From an uncultured Christensenella sp. (lineage in GTDB: Bacteria > Bacillota > Clostridia > Christensenellales > DTU072), in the NCBI GenBank assembly GCA_964368435.1, contig CAYJBS010000005.1:1-47864 (forward strand): 47,864 nucleotides of DNA. The letters are read 5' to 3'. Positions 7,817 to 16,832 of this stretch are shown here, in pieces. The translations under genes and the position numbers were made by a program. Within the stretch, counting starts at the first letter, position 1. The number at the start of each line of letters is the position of its first letter. The notes under the pieces are model-generated. The model had not been told where the DNA came from. It made no database searches and worked only from the letters and a program-made list of their open reading frames with translations.

Positions 7817-8500
7817 ATGAAAAAAGGAAAAGCATATAGAGAGTCCCTGACACTGATTGACAGACAAAAACAGTACGAGAGCGCAGAAGCTCTGGCACTG
7901 GTACTGGAGACAGCCAAAGCAAAATTTGACGAAACCATTGAAGTTCACATAAGACTGGGCGTTGACCCCAGACACGCCGACCAACAAGTCAGAGGCGTAG
8001 TTGTTCTTCCCCATGGCACAGGCAAAACACTTCGTGTACTTGTCATAACCAAGGGCGCAAAAGCCGACGAAGCCACAGCAGCAGGCGCAGACATCGTAGG
8101 AGCCGAGGACATCATCCAAAAAATCCAAGGTGGCTGGTTCGATTTTGACGTTTGCGTAACTACTCCCGACATGATGGGACTTGTAGGCAGACTAGGAAAG
8201 GTATTGGGACCCAAAGGTCTTATGCCCAACCCGAAGTCAGGCACAGTGACTATGGACATAGCCAAAGCCGTGAAGGACATCAAGGCAGGTAAGGTTGAAT
8301 ACCGTGTAGACAAAACAGCTATCGTGCATTGCCCCATCGGCAAAAAGTCTTTCGGACAAGAAAAGCTGCAAGACAACTTCAATACCCTTATGGATGCCGT
8401 TGTCAAAGCCAAGCCCGTAGCATCTAAAGGCACATATATCAGAAGCTTGAACATTGCTTCGACCATGGGTCCCGGCATAAAAGTCAACTACAAGATATAA
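7817..8500 (+). CDS. rplA: 50S ribosomal protein L1
   Basis: [36 protein letters not shown]. Confidence 0.99.
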   Translation: MKKGKAYRESLTLIDRQKQYESAEALALVLETAKAKFDETIEVHIRLGVDPRHADQQVRGVVVLPHGTGKTLRVLVITKGAKADEATAAGADIVGAEDIIQKIQGGWFDFDVCVTTPDMMGLVGRLGKVLGPKGLMPNPKSGTVTMDIAKAVKDIKAGKVEYRVDKTAIVHCPIGKKSFGQEKLQDNFNTLMDAVVKAKPVASKGTYIRSLNIASTMGPGIKVNYKI

Positions 8501-8508
8501 CAAACCGT

Positions 8509-8537
8509 TTGACAATCGTCGAGATTGTCGATATAAT
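8509..8537 (+). promoter_or_regulatory. Consensus SigA promoter of rplJ-rplL
   Basis: Perfect TTGACA-17 nt-TATAAT. Confidence 0.8.
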
Positions 8538-8554
8538 GACAATAATAAAAATAA

Positions 8555-8680
8555 ACCGTTCCAAGACTGCAGGCACCGCAAGGTTCAAATATCTTTTAAG
8601 AAGCCGGCATAGAAGGGTAGAGTATCAGATAATCCGCAAAATGCTCCACTTTTCTTTATGAACGAGTGGAGTTTGTTTAT
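8555..8680 (+). ncRNA. Probable L10 leader (ribosomal protein autoregulatory RNA) with attenuator hairpin
   Basis: ccAAGACtgcAGG core typical of L10 leaders; ctccact/agtggag hairpin + tttgttt before the rplJ SD. Confidence 0.65.
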
Positions 8681-8713
8681 TCAGCGGATTAATCTTATAA
8701 GGAGGTAGAATAA

Positions 8714-9205
8714 ATGCCAGTAAAAGATTACAAAGTAGCAAAAGTTGCCGACATCACAGAAAAACTCAATCAGGCGTCTTCATTTGTGCTTATCGACTAC
8801 AAAGGTATTACTGTTGCGCAGGACACTGAGCTGAGAAGCACGTTCCGCGACAACGGCGTAGTTTATGAAGTCATGAAAAACAGATTGCTCGGAAAGGCAC
8901 TTGAAACGATGGGTTACACGCAGTTCAGCGAAGCGTTGAACGGACCGACCGCCGTGGCTATGGGAACAGCAGACATTTCAGCACCCGCAAAAATAGCCTT
9001 TGACAAAGCCAAGGCTTTCAAGAAGATGACCATAAAATGCGGCATGGTTGATGGCTTGTTCCTTGACGAAGCCGGTTGCAAGACGCTTGCGACATTACCG
9101 TCGAGAGAAGGACTCATTTCCCAAATACTCGGATTACTGCAGGCACCCGTTGCCGGACTTGCAAGGGCTATCGCAGCGATAGCCGAACAAAAGGCTCAAG
9201 CCTAA
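8714..9205 (+). CDS. rplJ: 50S ribosomal protein L10
   Basis: DYKGITVAQDTELR, KNRL, GPTAVA, LATLPSREGL. Confidence 0.97.
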   Translation: MPVKDYKVAKVADITEKLNQASSFVLIDYKGITVAQDTELRSTFRDNGVVYEVMKNRLLGKALETMGYTQFSEALNGPTAVAMGTADISAPAKIAFDKAKAFKKMTIKCGMVDGLFLDEAGCKTLATLPSREGLISQILGLLQAPVAGLARAIAAIAEQKAQA

Positions 9206-9248
9206 CAAAAACAAAAATTTATCAAAAAAATATGGAGGAACATAAAAA

Positions 9249-9623
9249 ATGGCAGATATAGCAAAAATTATAGAAGAGATTAAGACTCTTACTGTGTTAG
9301 AATTGAACGACCTTGTGAAGGCTCTCGAAACAGAGTTCGGCGTCAGCGCAGCAGCTCCTATGGCAGCAGCAGGCGGCGCAGTGGCTTCCGATGCACCCGT
9401 AGAAGAAGAGAAGACAGAATTCGATGTTATCTTGAAGGCTATCGGCCCCAACAAAATCGCCGTCATCAAGGTAGTCAGAGAAGTAACAGGTCTTGGACTC
9501 GTAGAGGCAAAAGGCGTTGTCGACAACGCTCCCAAGGCAATCAAAGAAGCAGTATCCAAGGACGCTGCCACCGAAATAGCCGAGAAGCTTCAAGCAGCCG
9601 GCGCCGAAGTCGAAATCAAATAA
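9249..9623 (+). CDS. rplL: 50S ribosomal protein L7/L12
   Basis: [31 protein letters not shown]. Confidence 0.99.
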   Translation: MADIAKIIEEIKTLTVLELNDLVKALETEFGVSAAAPMAAAGGAVASDAPVEEEKTEFDVILKAIGPNKIAVIKVVREVTGLGLVEAKGVVDNAPKAIKEAVSKDAATEIAEKLQAAGAEVEIK

Positions 9624-9643
9624 TTGACTTCAACGAAGAAAAC

Positions 9644-9676
9644 AAAAAGCTGTTCCGAATGGGACAGCTTTTTTTT
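9644..9676. terminator. Bidirectional intrinsic terminator after rplL
   Basis: aaaaagctgttcc-gaat-gggacagctttttttt between convergent genes. Confidence 0.85.
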
Positions 9677-9716
9677 ATTGAGTTCTTTGATTAAATTAGA
9701 ACAATCCAGAAAAACA

Positions 9717-10019
9717 CTACGGTTTGATCCTCGTTGCGCATTTTGTTGTCAACACCATATCTCCCACAAGAAGAGAATTGGCTGAGCAGCGCTTGTCCTT
9801 GTTATAAACGCATTCGGCAAAGCATTGCACGACGCCGGGCGCATCGCTTAGGTATTCCTCGGCAGCCTCAATTTCGGCAAAGGTTTGTTCAAGGGCGCCG
9901 CCTGCGCGCCGTATTTTTGTATCGCAAACTCCTCTTTCGTTTACAAGTATTATGCCGGCATTGCAGTGGCATTTCAAATTGTGCTGACAGTTGCTGGTGG
10001 TACATTTTAATTGCAGCAT
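9717..10019 (-). CDS. DUF1540-like Cys-rich protein (two repeats)
   Basis: Two C-x(3-4)-C-x-[HY]N-x(3-4)-C-x-A-x2-[IL]-x-V...C-x-T units; SD aaaggag. Confidence 0.8.
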   Translation of the reverse strand: MLQLKCTTSNCQHNLKCHCNAGIILVNERGVCDTKIRRAGGALEQTFAEIEAAEEYLSDAPGVVQCFAECVYNKDKRCSANSLLVGDMVLTTKCATRIKP

Positions 10020-10077
10020 GTTTTTTATCTCCTTTTTCGTTTTTAGTATGGTAATATCTTTTTATTCAATTCATAAA

Positions 10078-10106
10078 TTGACTTTTGTGAGGTATTCGGT
10101 TATGAT
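10078..10106 (+). promoter_or_regulatory. SigA promoter of rplI
   Basis: TTGACT-17 nt-TATGAT. Confidence 0.65.
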
Positions 10107-10132
10107 AAAAGCGTAAAAAGGAGTATCGATAT

Positions 10133-10576
10133 ATGAAAATTGTATTATTGCAGGATTTTAAGAGCCTAGGCGTCACCGGCGACATAGTAGAAGTAAACGA
10201 CGGATATGCGCGGAATTTTCTCATTCCCAAAAAAATAGCAGGCGAAGCAACAAAGGCCATCATGAACGAGCATGCTCAACGGCTTGAAAAAGAAAAGCGT
10301 CAAAGAGAGAAGGACAAACAGCAGGCTTTGGAACTCAAGAATACTTTGATGACAAAGACCGTCGAAGTTGCCGTAAAATGCGGCGAAGGCAAGATGTACG
10401 GCAGTGTCACATCTCAAGACATAGCCAAGGCGCTCGCTAAACAAGGCATAGAAATAGACAAAAGAAAAATAAACATACCAGAACAAATAAAACAAATCGG
10501 CGAACATATAGTCGAGGTATGGCTTTACAAAGAAACTACCGTAAAGATGAAAATAAATGTCATCAAGGAGCAATAA
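10133..10576 (+). CDS. rplI: 50S ribosomal protein L9
   Basis: MKIVLLQD, GYARNFLIPK, GKMYGSVT, IDKRKI. Confidence 0.98.
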   Translation: MKIVLLQDFKSLGVTGDIVEVNDGYARNFLIPKKIAGEATKAIMNEHAQRLEKEKRQREKDKQQALELKNTLMTKTVEVAVKCGEGKMYGSVTSQDIAKALAKQGIEIDKRKINIPEQIKQIGEHIVEVWLYKETTVKMKINVIKEQ

Positions 10577-10614
10577 TTCTTATTGTACACGCCCAAAATA
10601 ACTAAGGGAGAAAG

Positions 10615-11328
10615 ATGTTCGAATCGTTTGATATCATATATTATATAGCTTCGGCGCTACTGTTGCCGATGATAATCTATTCGATTTATGTCAGCTACAA
10701 GGTCAACAAAACCTTTAGAGACTTTTCGGATATTTTCGCGCAATCGGGCGTGACTGCAACAGAAGCCGCAAGAAAGATGCTGGAAAGCGCCGGCATTTAT
10801 AATGTTGCTATCGACAGGGTGGGCGGCAGTTTGACCGACCACTACAACCCCAAGGACAACACTATATATTTATCGGACACCGTCTATGCCTCTTCTTCCG
10901 TGGCGGCGATCGGTGTGGCGGCTCACGAAACAGGGCACGCCATTCAGCACCAAAACGGCTATGCACCGCTGAAGGCTCGTACGGCGCTTGTGCCGCTTGT
11001 CAATGTCGGCTCAAGACTTGCCATCCCTTTGATTATTATCGGCGCAGTGCTCGGAATCTCAACTTTGGCAGGCATCTATATGGTCTATGTCGGCATAGCC
11101 TTCTATGCGCTGTCCACGCTGTTTATGCTGGTGACTCTGCCGGTGGAATTCAACGCCAGCAGAAGAGCAAAAAAAGCGCTTGCGGATACGGGGATTTTAC
11201 AGTCGGACGAAGTGTCTATGGCAGGCACAGTGCTTTCCGCCGCCGCAAAAACCTATGTGGCGTCCTTTGCCGTTTCGTTACTGTATTTGGTGCGATTTAT
11301 GGGGATCTTTTTAAGAAGAAGAAGATAG
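10615..11328 (+). CDS. Membrane neutral zinc metallopeptidase (YugP-like)
   Basis: LTDHYNP, VAAHETGHAIQH (HExxH), VTLPVEFNASRRA, AAAKTYVA. Confidence 0.92.
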   Translation: MFESFDIIYYIASALLLPMIIYSIYVSYKVNKTFRDFSDIFAQSGVTATEAARKMLESAGIYNVAIDRVGGSLTDHYNPKDNTIYLSDTVYASSSVAAIGVAAHETGHAIQHQNGYAPLKARTALVPLVNVGSRLAIPLIIIGAVLGISTLAGIYMVYVGIAFYALSTLFMLVTLPVEFNASRRAKKALADTGILQSDEVSMAGTVLSAAAKTYVASFAVSLLYLVRFMGIFLRRRR

Positions 11329-12414
11329 TCAGTTACAACTGCAAACGGTATAAACGGCTATTGCCTGACCGTTTCCGATGATGCCGGTACGCTCTGTCGT
11401 AGTGGCGCTGATGGAAACAGCCGGGCTTTTTATTTTTAGCGCAGCTGCGATATTTTTTGCCATTTCGGGGATACAATCTGCCAGTTTCGGCTGTTGCGCC
11501 AAAATGACACTGCTGATATTAATAATTTTCACATTCTTTTGGCATAGTATTTCTGCCACCTTTGACAATAAGATAAGCGAAGAAATACCCTTATATTTCG
11601 GTTCGGTGTCGGGGAAAAGACAGCCGATATCTCTTTCGCCGGCTGCCGATAGCAGGGCGTCCATAATTGAATGGATCAAAACATCACCGTCGGAATGCGC
11701 TTCAAGCCCTTTGTGGTACGGTATGACTACGCCTCCGAGCGTCAGTGTCAAACCCTCTTCGAGTCGATGCAAATCAAAGCCGTTGCCTACTTTGGCGTTT
11801 ATGCCGAGTAAATCGCCGTCAAAGGTGATCTTTTTGTTGTTTTCTTCTCCATCAACGATATGAGGTTGATAAAGTCCTGCAAAAACTTGGCTGTCATCGG
11901 TATAGTTGCCGCCGGTTCCTTGATAAGCGCGGCGCAGCTTCTTTGTGTCAAAACCCTGCGGAGTTTGTGCCAAACAGAAATTTTGTCTGTCGGGGAAGCC
12001 CGTCAAAATGTCGCCATCTTTTGTTCGAACGCTGTCGGGAAGGGGCAATACAGGTATCGCCGAACCGAATTGTTTTGTGTGTTCAATGACTTTTTTTATT
12101 AAAGCGGCGGTAACAAAAGGTCTGGCTCCGTCGTGAATCAACACAATGTCGGCTTGGCAAAGGGACAAAGCATTGATGACCGACTGCGTACGCGTTGCGC
12201 CGCCGGGGGCAAAAATGAATTTTTTGTTGAAAGACAGTTGCGCCTTGATGTTTTCGTCGTCTGTTACTATGATAATGTCATCTATTTCGGCAACTGAAAG
12301 AAAAGTCAGCGCCGTTCTGACGACAAGAGGACATTCGCCCAGTTCATAGAGCAGTTTGTTGGAACTCATGCGGCGGCTTTGTCCTGCGGCTACGATAATG
12401 GCGTCAACGCTCAT
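11329..12414 (-). CDS. ispDF: Bifunctional IspD/IspF (MEP pathway)
   Basis: N-half AAGQSRRM, GGATRTQSV, HDGARPF, QTPQGF; C-half GNGFDLH, HSDGDVLIH, DIG, ATTTE. Confidence 0.92.
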   Translation of the reverse strand: MSVDAIIVAAGQSRRMSSNKLLYELGECPLVVRTALTFLSVAEIDDIIIVTDDENIKAQLSFNKKFIFAPGGATRTQSVINALSLCQADIVLIHDGARPFVTAALIKKVIEHTKQFGSAIPVLPLPDSVRTKDGDILTGFPDRQNFCLAQTPQGFDTKKLRRAYQGTGGNYTDDSQVFAGLYQPHIVDGEENNKKITFDGDLLGINAKVGNGFDLHRLEEGLTLTLGGVVIPYHKGLEAHSDGDVLIHSIMDALLSAAGERDIGCLFPDTEPKYKGISSLILLSKVAEILCQKNVKIINISSVILAQQPKLADCIPEMAKNIAAALKIKSPAVSISATTTERTGIIGNGQAIAVYTVCSCN

Positions 12415-12664
12415 CGTTTTCTCCGATCATCTCGAAAAGCTCCGCCGACGCATTCTTCGACACGTTGCCTTCCGGCACGGCTAGCACTCTGAAAGCGTAC
12501 CGTCTGTCGCCGAACCGCACGGAAACTATGTCGCCGACCTTGATTTCCTTCGAGGGCTTGGCTTCCTTGCCGTTTATGGTGACTCTGTCGCCGGAGCAAG
12601 CCTCGTTGGCTACCGAGCGCCTTTTGATTATGCGCGCTACCTTCAAATATTTGTCTAATCTCAT
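12404..12664 (-). CDS. S4-domain RNA-binding protein (YabO/RqcP/Hsp15 family)
   Basis: MRLDKYLKVARIIKRRSVANEAC...AKPSKEIKVGD. Confidence 0.93.
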   Translation of the reverse strand: MRLDKYLKVARIIKRRSVANEACSGDRVTINGKEAKPSKEIKVGDIVSVRFGDRRYAFRVLAVPEGNVSKNASAELFEMIGENDER

Positions 12665-12670
12665 GGTTTT

Positions 12671-12699
12671 AGTTTATCACAGATATTTCATTATTTCTA
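12671..12699 (-). promoter_or_regulatory. Putative promoter giving a leaderless S4-protein/ispDF mRNA
   Basis: Minus strand TAGAAA-17 nt-TAAACT (TG extended), 6 nt before ATG, no SD. Confidence 0.5.
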
Positions 12700-12813
12700 C
12701 TAAAAAATCTTTGCCGCGACGCCTTCCTTGTCGAAAATAGGAAGGTTTTATTTATCATCGGCATTGTTAAGAATACGAATAAAAGTATTTTAGCATAAAA
12801 AAGTAATTTTCAT

Positions 12814-12850
12814 TTGACTTAGTTGACTTAGTATATTATAATGCTATAAT
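12814..12850 (+). promoter_or_regulatory. Two overlapping SigA promoters of rpoB
   Basis: TTGACT(12814)-17-TATAAT(12837) and TTGACT(12823)-16-TATAAT(12845, TG extended); ttgacttag is directly repeated. Confidence 0.7.
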
Positions 12851-12983
12851 GTCTACTTATACGATATTGTTTCCTTTACCTGAAAATACAAAAGTTTTCG
12901 GGGTAGGGGATTAATGCCGTCTAAAGACAAAAAAACACGCAAAAGCAATTTATTTTAGATTATATTTCAAAAGGAGCAAACGC

Positions 12984-15900
12984 ATGTCTCAAAAAATTCA
13001 CAAGATTAAGTGCGGCAATACCGACAGATGGAGTTTCAGCCAAATTAAACCCATTCTCGATATGCCGTATCTTATTGAAGTCCAAAAAAATTCCTATGAA
13101 AAGTTCGTTGACGAAGGAATTCGGGAAGTCTTCGATGATTTCTCCCCCATCGCCGATTACAGCGGCAAAATGGAACTTGAATTCCTGGAACACTCACTCG
13201 AAGGGAACTGTAAGTATTCCGTAAAAGAATGCAAGGACAGGGACATAACCTTTACCTCGCCGCTAAAGGTCAAAATAAGACTTACCATAAAAGAGACCGG
13301 CGAAATGAAAGAGCAGAACGTTTTTATGGGAGATTTCCCTAGAATGACGGAGAAAGGCACCTTCATCATAAACGGCGCCGAAAGAGTCGTCGTTTCGCAG
13401 CTTGTCAGAAGCCCCGGTGTTTACACGAAGGGCGAGAACGACAAGAACGGCATAATGAGATATGCCACAACAGTCATCCCCAACAGAGGCGCTTGGTTGG
13501 AATTCGAACAGGATTACAACAACGTGCTTTCGGTCAGAGTCGACAGAAACAGAAAAATAACCTCAACCATACTTTTGAGAGCGCTGGGCTTCGGCACCAA
13601 CGAAGAGCTTTTCGAGCTTTTTGGCGATGACGAAATGATGGTTACCACGGCGATGAAAGACGGCGAAATCGCCTCTTCCGAATCGGCAAAAATCGAGGTT
13701 TACCGCAAACTAAAACCCGGTGAGGTTCCCACCGCCAACGGTGTTGAAGTATTGCTCAACAATATTTTCTTTGATTCCAGAAGATACGACATTTCCAGAG
13801 TCGGCAGATACAAATTCAACAAAAAACTTTCTATCGCAGAAAGAATAGAGAAACAAACGCTGACCAGAGACGTTGTGCTTGACGGCGAAATACTTGCCGA
13901 AAAGGGTGAGGAAGTCACCAAAGAAAAAGCCAAAGAAATTCAAGACAGCGGCATAAACATCGTATACATCGCGGCTCCCGAAGACAAGGAATACAAAGTC
14001 ATCGGCAACAACACCGTTGATTTAGCCAAGTACATCGACTGCAACCCCAAGGAGCTGGGAATACTCGAAAAAGTTTATTATCCCGCTTTGAAGACTTTGC
14101 TTGAGACCTACGGCAGCGATATGGAGGCACTGAAAACCGCCATAAAAGAAAATGCCGACGACCTTGTGCTCAAACATATTTCCATCGATGACATCGTAGC
14201 GTCAGTTTCCTACAACCTCGGCATGAGATTTGGTTTCGCGCCCGTGGACAATATTGACCACCTTTCGAACAGAAGAGTGCGTTCCGTAGGAGAATTGTTG
14301 CAGAACCAGTTCAGAATAGGTATTGCCAGACTTGAAAGAGTAGTCAGAGAAAGAATGAGCATAGCTCAGGACCCCAGTGAGATTACTCCGCAGTCACTCA
14401 TAAACATTCGACCGGTTTCCAGTGCCATAAGAGAATTCTTCGGCAGTTCACAGCTGTCCCAGTTTATGGATCAGCCCAACCCGATAGCCGAGCTTACCCA
14501 CAAAAGAAAGCTTTCCGCCCTCGGGCCCGGTGGTTTGAACAGAGAGAGGGCAGGCTTTGAAGTTCGTGACGTTCACCACTCGCATTATGGCAGAATGTGC
14601 CCCATCGAGACTCCCGAAGGTCAGAACATCGGTCTTATCACCTCGTTGAGTACCTACGCAAAAATAAATGAATACGGCTTTATCGAAGCGCCTTACCGCA
14701 TTGTCAACAAGAAGAGCGGTGTAGTCACCGAGAATGTAGAATACCTCACAGCCGACGAAGAAGACAAGTACATCATAGCGCAAGCGAATGAGCCGCTAAA
14801 CGAAGAAGGCAATTTCGTAAATGCTCGTGTCACATGCCGTTATCGTGACTTCATAAAAGAATATGCCGCTACAAGCGTTGACTACATGGACGTAGACCCG
14901 AAAGAGCTTGTTTCGGTAGCCACCAGCTTGATTCCTTTCCTTGAGAACGACGACGCCAACAGAGCGTTGATGGGCTCGAACATGCAAAGACAGGCAGTGC
15001 CTCTTCTTTGCCCGCAGGCTCCTATCATCGGTACGGGAATGGAGCACAAAGTTGCTTATGATTCCGGCGTTTGCATCATCGCAAAGAACGGCGGTACGGT
15101 AGTCAAGGCAGTTGCCGACGAAATCGTCATACAACGCCAAGACAACGGAGAGACAGAGAGCTATCCTCTACAAAAATTTGTGCGCTCAAACCAAGGCACC
15201 TGCATAAACCAGAAGCCGACAGTATCAAAAGGCGCCCAAATAAACAAGGGCGACATCATAGCCGACGGTCCGTCGGTTGAAAACGGAGAACTGGCGCTGG
15301 GCAGAAACATTCTTATAGGCTTTATGACCTGGGAAGGTTATAACTATGAGGATGCTATCTTGATCAGCGAGGATCTAGTGAAAAACGACGTTTTCACTTC
15401 CATCCACATAGAAGAATACGAACTTGAGTCCCGCGACACAAAGCTGGGCGAAGAACAAATAACTCGCGACATCCCCAACGTAAGTGAGGATTTGCTGAAA
15501 TATCTCGACGAAGACGGCATCGTAATGGTCGGCGCAGAAGTGCGTTCAGGCGATTATTTGGTGGGCAAGGTCACCCCGAAGGGCGAAACCGAGCTTACTC
15601 CGGAAGAAAGACTGCTTAGAGCTATTTTCGGAGAGAAGGCAAGAGAAGTCAGAGACGTTTCACTGAAAGTACCTCATGGTGAGGGCGGAACAGTCGTAGA
15701 CGTGAAGGTGTTTACTCGCGAAAATAAAGACGAACTTGAGCCGGGCGTCAACAAACTGGTTCGAGTATATATTGCGCAGAAGAGAAAGATTTCTGTCGGT
15801 GACAAAATGGCGGGACGGCACGGCAACAAAGGTGTTATTTCCAGAGCGCTGCCGAGAGAAGACATGCCTTTCTTGGCTGACGGCACACCGCTTCAAATCG

Positions 15901-16823
15901 TGTTGAACCCCCTCGGCGTTCCTTCTCGTATGAACATCGGACAGGTGCTTGAAGTGCATCTGGGCTTGGTAGCAAAACTTATCGGCATAAAAATAGCCAC
16001 TCCTGTTTTTGACGGAGCCTCCGAGAACGACATAAAAGAAATGTTTGAACAGAACAATTTGCCCCTCGACGGCAAAGTACAACTTTATGACGGCAGAACA
16101 GGCGAGCCTTTCGAAAACAAAGTAACTGTCGGCTATATGTATATGCTGAAATTGGTTCACCTTGTTGACGACAAGATTCACGCACGTAGCGTCGGTCCGT
16201 ATTCATTGGTTACGCAGCAGCCTTTGGGCGGCAAGGCGCAGTTCGGCGGACAGCGTTTCGGCGAAATGGAAGTTTGGGCGCTCTATGCTTACGGCGCTGC
16301 AAACGTTCTTCAAGAAATCCTCACCGTGAAGTCGGATGACGTCATGGGCAGACAAAAGGTATTCGATTCCATCATAAAATCGTCCTTGACGACAGAACCC
16401 GGCATACCCGAATCCTTCAAAGTTTTGATGAAAGAAATGCAGAGCTTGGGACTTGATTTGAGGTTGTTGACAGAAAGTCAAGAAGAAATGAAACTTCCCG
16501 ACGCATATGACGACGAAAGAGATTATGAGCAAGCTCATTCGACAAGAGATCCGGAGAAAGTCCTGTCGCTTGACAATCTTGACTTCGGCAATATGTTCGG
16601 CAAAGAGAAGGATTCGTTGTTTGAGGATGACGATGATCTCATAGAAGATCAAGGCGGTATCGAAGAGACCAGCTTTGCCAGCCTGTTTGACCTTGAACCT
16701 CTTGAAGAGATCAAGACCGAAAGCCCTAGCACAAGCGGATTGGACAAAGCAAACGACATTTTCAACTTTGATAATGCCGAAGCAATACTGCAAAGCGAAT
16801 TTGACGACGACGAACAGATATAG
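12984..16823 (+). CDS. rpoB: RNA polymerase beta subunit
   Basis: [54 protein letters not shown]. Confidence 0.99.
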   Translation: MSQKIHKIKCGNTDRWSFSQIKPILDMPYLIEVQKNSYEKFVDEGIREVFDDFSPIADYSGKMELEFLEHSLEGNCKYSVKECKDRDITFTSPLKVKIRLTIKETGEMKEQNVFMGDFPRMTEKGTFIINGAERVVVSQLVRSPGVYTKGENDKNGIMRYATTVIPNRGAWLEFEQDYNNVLSVRVDRNRKITSTILLRALGFGTNEELFELFGDDEMMVTTAMKDGEIASSESAKIEVYRKLKPGEVPTANGVEVLLNNIFFDSRRYDISRVGRYKFNKKLSIAERIEKQTLTRDVVLDGEILAEKGEEVTKEKAKEIQDSGINIVYIAAPEDKEYKVIGNNTVDLAKYIDCNPKELGILEKVYYPALKTLLETYGSDMEALKTAIKENADDLVLKHISIDDIVASVSYNLGMRFGFAPVDNIDHLSNRRVRSVGELLQNQFRIGIARLERVVRERMSIAQDPSEITPQSLINIRPVSSAIREFFGSSQLSQFMDQPNPIAELTHKRKLSALGPGGLNRERAGFEVRDVHHSHYGRMCPIETPEGQNIGLITSLSTYAKINEYGFIEAPYRIVNKKSGVVTENVEYLTADEEDKYIIAQANEPLNEEGNFVNARVTCRYRDFIKEYAATSVDYMDVDPKELVSVATSLIPFLENDDANRALMGSNMQRQAVPLLCPQAPIIGTGMEHKVAYDSGVCIIAKNGGTVVKAVADEIVIQRQDNGETESYPLQKFVRSNQGTCINQKPTVSKGAQINKGDIIADGPSVENGELALGRNILIGFMTWEGYNYEDAILISEDLVKNDVFTSIHIEEYELESRDTKLGEEQITRDIPNVSEDLLKYLDEDGIVMVGAEVRSGDYLVGKVTPKGETELTPEERLLRAIFGEKAREVRDVSLKVPHGEGGTVVDVKVFTRENKDELEPGVNKLVRVYIAQKRKISVGDKMAGRHGNKGVISRALPREDMPFLADGTPLQIVLNPLGVPSRMNIGQVLEVHLGLVAKLIGIKIATPVFDGASENDIKEMFEQNNLPLDGKVQLYDGRTGEPFENKVTVGYMYMLKLVHLVDDKIHARSVGPYSLVTQQPLGGKAQFGGQRFGEMEVWALYAYGAANVLQEILTVKSDDVMGRQKVFDSIIKSSLTTEPGIPESFKVLMKEMQSLGLDLRLLTESQEEMKLPDAYDDERDYEQAHSTRDPEKVLSLDNLDFGNMFGKEKDSLFEDDDDLIEDQGGIEETSFASLFDLEPLEEIKTESPSTSGLDKANDIFNFDNAEAILQSEFDDDEQI

Positions 16824-16832
16824 AGGTGACAA

